This document shows positions 27,159 to 32,000 of a stretch of 32,000 nt of DNA, one piece after another. The position numbers and the translations under genes are program-made. The notes under the pieces are model-generated. The model was not told where the DNA came from. It searched no databases and saw nothing but the letters and a program-made list of their open reading frames with translations. Position 1 is the first letter of the stretch; every line of letters begins with the position of its first letter. The DNA lies in assembly GCA_026387835.1 (NCBI GenBank), contig JAPLKZ010000013.1, positions 1 through 32,000 of the forward strand, given 5' to 3'. Origin of the DNA: Candidatus Saganbacteria bacterium (GTDB lineage Bacteria; Margulisbacteria; WOR-1; JAKLHX01).

Positions 27159-27845
27159 ATGAGAAAAGAATATCTGATAAAGACCCTGCTGCTTTTGTTG
27201 CTATTAAGTGCAGCGTCCGAGGCGACCCCATCCACACAGATATGGAATCCGTCAACGGATATCCAGGCAAAAGGGGCCTGGCATTTTGGAATAGATAATT
27301 ATTTCACGGTGCAGGGCCCTGCCGACGGAGGATACGCTTTTCCGACTGATGCCGGACTGGAATACGGCCTTACACCAAATATTGAATTAGGGCTCGATAT
27401 TTTTGAGCCCCAGGCTAGTCCGTTGGCTTTCAACGCGAAGTTCGGGCTTCCGGAAAACGAAAGTATTCCGGCTTTTGCTGTGGGAGGATACGGTTTCGGG
27501 ACTTCGGCAGGAGTGACGGACCAAAATGTTTTATACGGAGTGGTCGCCAAGACTTTCCCCGCGATAGGGCGTCTGACAGCCGGATATTTCTCTGGAAATT
27601 ACAAAGTTCTTGTCGATCCCTCGGGGAATCCAGATAACAGCGGGATCATTCTTACCTGGGACAAGTATTTGACGGACAAGATCTGGGCATGCGTTGATTA
27701 TGCGGGCACAAAATCAACCCTTGGCGCGCTGTTTTACGGATTTTCTTACGCGTTCTCACCGAATACTTCAATTATATTCGGATACGGTACATATAATAAT
27801 GGGGCAAAGCCTGTCGTGACAACTCAGCTTGACATAAATATTTAG
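27159..27845 (+). CDS. Predicted exported/outer-membrane beta-rich protein; the track start at 27066 is probably wrong
   Basis: ATG 27159 has an AAAGGAG ribosome-binding site and gives a signal peptide MRKEYLIKTLLLLLLLSAASEA. Mature part has alternating Gly/aromatic-rich strands (GLEYGLTPNIELGLDIF, ALFYGFSYAFSPNTSIIFGYGTY). Confidence 0.7.
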   Translation: MRKEYLIKTLLLLLLLSAASEATPSTQIWNPSTDIQAKGAWHFGIDNYFTVQGPADGGYAFPTDAGLEYGLTPNIELGLDIFEPQASPLAFNAKFGLPENESIPAFAVGGYGFGTSAGVTDQNVLYGVVAKTFPAIGRLTAGYFSGNYKVLVDPSGNPDNSGIILTWDKYLTDKIWACVDYAGTKSTLGALFYGFSYAFSPNTSIIFGYGTYNNGAKPVVTTQLDINI

Positions 27846-27859
27846 AAAGGAGAAATAAG

Positions 27860-29080
27860 ATGATAAATTCAGGAGATACGGCCTGGGTCTTGATCTCGAC
27901 GGCATTAGTCATATTGATGACCCCCGCGCTTGCATTTTTTTACGGGGGAATGGTGAGAAAAAAAAATATCCTGTCGACGATCATGCTTTCAGTGACGATC
28001 CTCGCACTTATATCGGTCCAGTGGGTATTATACGGGTATACTTTATCATTCGGTCCCGACAAGCATGGTCTGATAGGCGGTCTTAATTGGCTCGGACTGT
28101 CAGGGGTGGGCCAGCAGCCGTTTGCGGGTTATGCTCCTACAATACCGCATCTTGCTTTTATGGCGTTCCAGATGGCGTTCGCGATAATCACGCCGGCTTT
28201 AATAACCGGTGCTTTTGTTGAAAGGGTCAATTTTACGGGATTCCTTGTCTTCATCCTTATGTGGTCCACTTTTATATATGCGCCGGTCGCTCACTGGGTC
28301 TGGGGAATAGGGGGTTGGCTGAGAAATCTCGGCGCCCTGGATTTTGCGGGCGGAACGGTCGTTCATATCACTGCCGGGGTCTCGGCTTTGGCCATGGCCC
28401 TGGTCATAGGGAAAAGAAAAGGGTATAAAAAATTCCCGATGGAACCATCGAACATCCCTTTTACGATTCTCGGAGCATTTCTTTTGTGGTTCGGTTGGTT
28501 TGGCTTTAACGGGGGATCGGCGCTTTCGTCAGGCGGACTGGCAACATCCGCTTTTGTAGTCACTAACACTGCAGCAGCAGCGGCAGCCCTGACATGGATG
28601 ATAGTGAGCTGGGTGCATAAAAGACCCAGTGCTCTTGGCCTTGCTACCGGAGCGGTTGTCGGGCTTGTCGCAATAACTCCGGCATCCGGGTATGTCAGTC
28701 CGTTATCATCAATAATAATCGGATCAGCAGCTGCAATTATCTCATATTATGCCATCCTGATAAGGATGAAAAGCAATCTTGACGATTCTCTTGACGTTTT
28801 TGCCTGTCACGGGATGGGAGGGATCACCGGAGCGCTTATGACGGGCTTGTTCGCGGAAAAGGTCATAAACCCGGCAGGAGCGAACGGTCTATTCTTTGGG
28901 AACCCCCATCAGTTCTACATACAGTTATTTACTGTCGTAGTTGTTGCTGTTTTCGCCTTTACAGTAAGTTTTATCCTTGCAAAGGTGGTTGATGCGGTTT
29001 TCTCGCTTAGGGCAACTGACAGCGAGGAAGATGTCGGGCTTGATATAAGTCAACATGGGGAAAGCGCATATTCTATCTAA
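27860..29080 (+). CDS. amt: Ammonium transporter (copy 1)
   Basis: FFYGGMVRKKNILS, GTVVHITAGVSAL and ACHGMGGITGALMTG with the twin pore His, and ITPASGYVSPLSS. Confidence 0.96.
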   Translation: MINSGDTAWVLISTALVILMTPALAFFYGGMVRKKNILSTIMLSVTILALISVQWVLYGYTLSFGPDKHGLIGGLNWLGLSGVGQQPFAGYAPTIPHLAFMAFQMAFAIITPALITGAFVERVNFTGFLVFILMWSTFIYAPVAHWVWGIGGWLRNLGALDFAGGTVVHITAGVSALAMALVIGKRKGYKKFPMEPSNIPFTILGAFLLWFGWFGFNGGSALSSGGLATSAFVVTNTAAAAAALTWMIVSWVHKRPSALGLATGAVVGLVAITPASGYVSPLSSIIIGSAAAIISYYAILIRMKSNLDDSLDVFACHGMGGITGALMTGLFAEKVINPAGANGLFFGNPHQFYIQLFTVVVVAVFAFTVSFILAKVVDAVFSLRATDSEEDVGLDISQHGESAYSI

Positions 29081-29110
29081 AAAATGAGTATTTGCTGATT
29101 AAGGTGAAGA

Positions 29111-29122
29111 TACAAAAATGTA
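29111..29122. promoter_or_regulatory. TACA-N4-TGTA site 1 of pair C (TACAAAAATGTA)
   Basis: Identical 14-mer context to 25391-25404. Confidence 0.65.
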
Positions 29123-29141
29123 GTATATATATAAATAAAGA

Positions 29142-29153
29142 TACATTTATGTA
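29142..29153. promoter_or_regulatory. TACA-N4-TGTA site 2 of pair C (TACATTTATGTA)
   Basis: Both half-sites perfect. Centre is 31 bp from site 1. Confidence 0.65.
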
Positions 29154-29193
29154 TTACAAATAATAAATAAAACCGAAGGGCATTAAAAATATT

Positions 29194-29208
29194 TGGCCTG
29201 AAATAGGC
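29194..29208 (+). promoter_or_regulatory. Weaker candidate sigma54 -24/-12 element (TGGCCTGAAATAGGC)
   Basis: GG-N10-GC spacing is exact but the -12 region (TAGGC) is poor. Confidence 0.3.
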
Positions 29209-29230
29209 AAAAAGAATAAAAAGATAGATT

Positions 29231-29245
29231 TGGCGGTGAAATTGC
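29231..29245 (+). promoter_or_regulatory. Candidate sigma54 promoter TGGCGGTGAAATTGC for amt copy 2
   Basis: TGGC at -24, exact GG-N10-GC spacing and TTGCT at -12. Located 44 nt before ATG 29289, which has an AGGAG ribosome-binding-site region. Confidence 0.65.
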
Positions 29246-29288
29246 TCAATATTGAATAGATAGACAGGAGATTTTTAAGGATATTAAC

Positions 29289-30509
29289 ATGATAAACAAC
29301 GCAGATACGGCATGGGTCTTGATCTCGACAGCGTTGGTGATACTTATGACGCCGGCATTGGCATTATTTTATGGTGGAATGGTAAGAAAGAAAAATATTC
29401 TTTCGACTTTAATGTTATCAATCGCAATACTTGCGATGATATCGGTCACATGGGTTCTGTTCGGTTATTCTTTGGCATTCGGGCCTGATAAGCACGGAAT
29501 AATCGGTGGGTTGGAGTGGGTAGGCCTAAGGGGGATCGGGGCAGCCCCCAATGCATCATATGCGGCAACTGTCCCTCATCTGGCTTTTATGGTATTTCAG
29601 ATGGCATTTGCGATAATCACGCCGGCACTGATCACGGGGGCTTTCGTCGAAAGGATAAATTTTCCCGGATTCCTGCTGTATGCATTTTTGTGGTCAACAT
29701 TTATCTATTGTCCGGTAACTCACTGGATCTGGGGGGCGGGCGGATGGCTGAAGAACATGGGAGTTCTTGATTTTGCCGGAGGTGCGGTCGTGCATATAAC
29801 AGCAGGAATTTCGGCTCTGGCGGTAGCGTTAGTCGTTGGGAAAAGGATGGGATATAAAAAATATCCCATGGAACCATCTAGCATACCATTGACGGTAATA
29901 GGTGCTTTTCTTTTATGGTTCGGCTGGTTCGGCTTCAACGCAGGTTCGGCGCTTTCATCGGGCTGGATCGCCACATCAGCTTTTGTCGCTACAAATACAT
30001 CCGGGGCTGCCGCAGCCTTTACCTGGATGATAATAAGTTGGATACATAAACGTCCAAGTGTTCTTGGAATTTGCACAGGAGCTATAGTAGGGCTGGCTGC
30101 AATAACACCGGCAGCGGGATTTGTAAGCCCGCTTTCGGCGATCGCTATAGGCTCGGTGGCAGCGATTATTTCGTATTATGCGATCATCATAAGGATGAAA
30201 ACGAATCTGGACGATTCTCTCGATGTCTTTGCCTGCCACGGGATGGGAGGCATAACAGGGATGTTAGCTACAGGACTTTTAGCGGAAAAAGCAATAAACC
30301 CTAACGGAGCGAACGGTTTATTTTTCGGGAATCCCGGACAATTCTATATCCAGCTGCTGGCAGTCGCGGTTATCGCAGTATTCTCGTTCACAGTAAGTTT
30401 TACGCTCGCAAAGATCGTTGACGCGATGTTCTCCCTCAGGGCCACGGAGGATGAGGAAGAGATCGGCCTCGATCTTAGCCAGCACGGTGAAAGTGCTTAT
30501 TCGATCTAA
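29289..30509 (+). CDS. amt: Ammonium transporter (copy 2)
   Basis: Same 406-aa length as copy 1 and near-identical motifs, including both pore His contexts (HITAG, HGMGG). Confidence 0.96.
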   Translation: MINNADTAWVLISTALVILMTPALALFYGGMVRKKNILSTLMLSIAILAMISVTWVLFGYSLAFGPDKHGIIGGLEWVGLRGIGAAPNASYAATVPHLAFMVFQMAFAIITPALITGAFVERINFPGFLLYAFLWSTFIYCPVTHWIWGAGGWLKNMGVLDFAGGAVVHITAGISALAVALVVGKRMGYKKYPMEPSSIPLTVIGAFLLWFGWFGFNAGSALSSGWIATSAFVATNTSGAAAAFTWMIISWIHKRPSVLGICTGAIVGLAAITPAAGFVSPLSAIAIGSVAAIISYYAIIIRMKTNLDDSLDVFACHGMGGITGMLATGLLAEKAINPNGANGLFFGNPGQFYIQLLAVAVIAVFSFTVSFTLAKIVDAMFSLRATEDEEEIGLDLSQHGESAYSI

Positions 30510-30529
30510 AAAAATAGGAGGTGTTTAAG

Positions 30530-30874
30530 ATGGGATTTAAAAAAATTGAGGCGATAATAAGGCCTGAAAAACTCGAAGATGTCAGGGTGGCACTTGAGGC
30601 TGCGGGGTTCATTGGCATGACAGTTACCGAAGTTAAAGGAAGAGGCAGTCAAAAGGGAGTCGTCCTCGAATGGAGGGCGGGAGAGTACAGGGTCGAGTTC
30701 CTCTCAAAATTGAAGATAGAGATCGTAGTGGACGAATTTGACTCGGAAAGGGCGGTAAAAGCGATAGAAGAAGCGGCCAGGACGGGGAAAACAGGGGATG
30801 GCAAGATATTTTCATACGCGGTAGATAACATAGTCCGGGTCAGGACCGGGGAAAGGGGGAACAAAGCTCTGTAA
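30530..30874 (+). CDS. glnB: Nitrogen regulatory protein PII; start ATG 30530 preferred over GTG 30521
   Basis: KKIEAIIRPEKLEDVRVALEAAGFIGMTVTEVKGRGSQKG, T-loop WRAGEYRVEFL, GDGKIFSYAVDNIVRVRTGERG. AGGAGG lies before ATG 30530. Confidence 0.95.
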   Translation: MGFKKIEAIIRPEKLEDVRVALEAAGFIGMTVTEVKGRGSQKGVVLEWRAGEYRVEFLSKLKIEIVVDEFDSERAVKAIEEAARTGKTGDGKIFSYAVDNIVRVRTGERGNKAL

Positions 30875-30923
30875 AGATAAATATCCCGCGCCCTTACAAA
30901 TAAATAATAGGAGGAGAATTGAA

Positions 30924-32000
30924 ATGACGAGCAAAGAAGAGATATTAAAACAGGTTAAAGATAACAATATTGAATTTATTAGATTATGGTTCACTGATAT
31001 CAACGGTATCCTTAAAAGTTTCGCGATCGGACCAGATGAACTCGAGGGTGCGCTGACGCAGGGAATGGGCTTTGATGGATCGTCAATAACAGGGTTCCAG
31101 GACATCGAGGAATCAGACATGATAGCGATGCCGGACACGGAGACATTCGCTATTCTTCCATGGAGACCGCAGGAAACCCCGGTTGCAAGGATGATCTGTG
31201 ATATCTTCCAGCCTGCAGCCGGCAAGCACAAACCTTACGAAGGTGATCCGCGGTTTATTTTAAAAAGGGCATTGGAGAAGATGAATAAAATGGGTTTCGA
31301 TCATTTTTATGTGGGACCCGAGCTCGAATATTTTTATTTCAAAAACTCCGAAGGTACCGAGATCCTGGACCAGGGCGGATATTTTGATCTTACTCCGCTT
31401 GATATGGCATCTGACCTGAGGCGTGATACCATCAAAGCGCTGAGAAGGCTTGGCGTGGTAATAGAATATTCCCACCATGAGGTCGCTCCTTCACAGCATG
31501 AGATAGATATGAGATATGCCGACGCGCTGAAGATGGCGGACAATACGGTCACATACAAGCTGACCGTAAAAGAGATCGCATCAATGCATGGAGTATACGC
31601 TACTTTCATGCCGAAACCGATCTTCGGGCAGAACGGGAGCGGCATGCATGTCCACCAGTCGCTGTTCAAGGGAAAATCAAATGCCTTTTATGATGCAAAT
31701 GACAAGTACAATCTGTCAGATATAGCAAAATCATATATCGCCGGCATCTTGAAACACGCGCCTGAAATGATATCGATACTTGCTCCGGGGGTGAATTCAT
31801 ATAAAAGACTGGTGCCAGGGTTTGAAGCTCCTGTGTATATCGCCTGGTCAAGGCGCAACAGGTCGGCTCTTGTCAGGGTTCCCATGTACCAGCCGGGCAA
31901 AGAAGTGGCGACCAGGATGGAATTGAGATGTCCTGATCCATCGGGAAACCCATACCTTCAATTCGCGGTCATGTTACAGGCCGGCTTAAAAGGGATCCAA
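30924..32000 (+). CDS. glnA: Glutamine synthetase type I, 3'-truncated by window end (absent from ORF track)
   Basis: Translation from ATG 30924 gives MTSKEEILKQVKDNNIEFIRLWFTDINGILKSFAI, MGFDGSSITGFQDIEESDM, YVGPELEYFYF, NGSGMHVHQSLF, PGFEAPVYIAWSRRNRSALVRVP. Preceded by AGGAGG. Confidence 0.96.
   Translation, partial: MTSKEEILKQVKDNNIEFIRLWFTDINGILKSFAIGPDELEGALTQGMGFDGSSITGFQDIEESDMIAMPDTETFAILPWRPQETPVARMICDIFQPAAGKHKPYEGDPRFILKRALEKMNKMGFDHFYVGPELEYFYFKNSEGTEILDQGGYFDLTPLDMASDLRRDTIKALRRLGVVIEYSHHEVAPSQHEIDMRYADALKMADNTVTYKLTVKEIASMHGVYATFMPKPIFGQNGSGMHVHQSLFKGKSNAFYDANDKYNLSDIAKSYIAGILKHAPEMISILAPGVNSYKRLVPGFEAPVYIAWSRRNRSALVRVPMYQPGKEVATRMELRCPDPSGNPYLQFAVMLQAGLKGIQ

Noticed and set aside
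30530-30874. Suspected loss of the PII uridylylation tyrosine, because the T-loop contains Trp (LEWRAGEY)
   Set aside because: Alignment by eye to E. coli GlnB (ELYRGAEY) shows the Trp replaces Tyr46. The modified Tyr51 equivalent (GEY) is retained, so canonical uridylylation remains possible.
1-32000. CRISPR arrays, tRNA/rRNA genes, prophage or transposase genes
   Set aside because: No regularly spaced repeats, RNA gene signatures or integrase, transposase or phage protein motifs were seen. Nearly all sequence is accounted for by recognisable cellular genes.

Overview
This 32 kb bacterial window shows no phage, CRISPR, tRNA or rRNA signal. It contains six blocks. (1) Positions 1-7 kb, + strand: the 3' end of an FGE-sulfatase/SUMF1-type gene, then gmk, rpoZ, coaBC, priA, def, a DUF5674-like protein with a small uncharacterised partner, and fmt. 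(2) Positions 7-10 kb, - strand: an AMIN plus phosphodiester-glycosidase protein, then ilvD. (3) yraN and a comM/yifB-type AAA+ ATPase. (4) A + strand RND efflux operon: MarR, membrane-fusion protein, HAE1/AcrB-like pump, small PII-like transporter-associated protein, TolC. It is followed by a bile-acid:Na+ symporter-like gene. (5) A - strand ABC-2 efflux operon: HlyD, two ATPases, two permeases, a second TolC. (6) A + strand nitrogen-assimilation cluster: a GAF-AAA+-Fis sigma54 activator, a predicted secreted/outer-membrane protein, two tandem amt genes, glnB and glnA. glnA runs off the window and is missing from the supplied ORF track. The most interesting signal is regulatory. A paired element TACA-N4-TGTA, with centres 30-31 bp apart, occurs in all three larger non-coding gaps of the nitrogen cluster. 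Two pairs lie upstream of sequences with exact sigma54 -24/-12 spacing. The third overlaps a sigma70-like promoter of the activator gene. This suggests a locally autoregulated NifA-like regulon. Secondary leads are recurring TATAAT boxes 6-9 nt before start codons (leaderless or near-leaderless transcripts), a DUF5674 plus partner gene pair, an unusual PriA linker insertion, and perfect intergenic palindromes. All assignments were made by reading the sequence; no database search was run.
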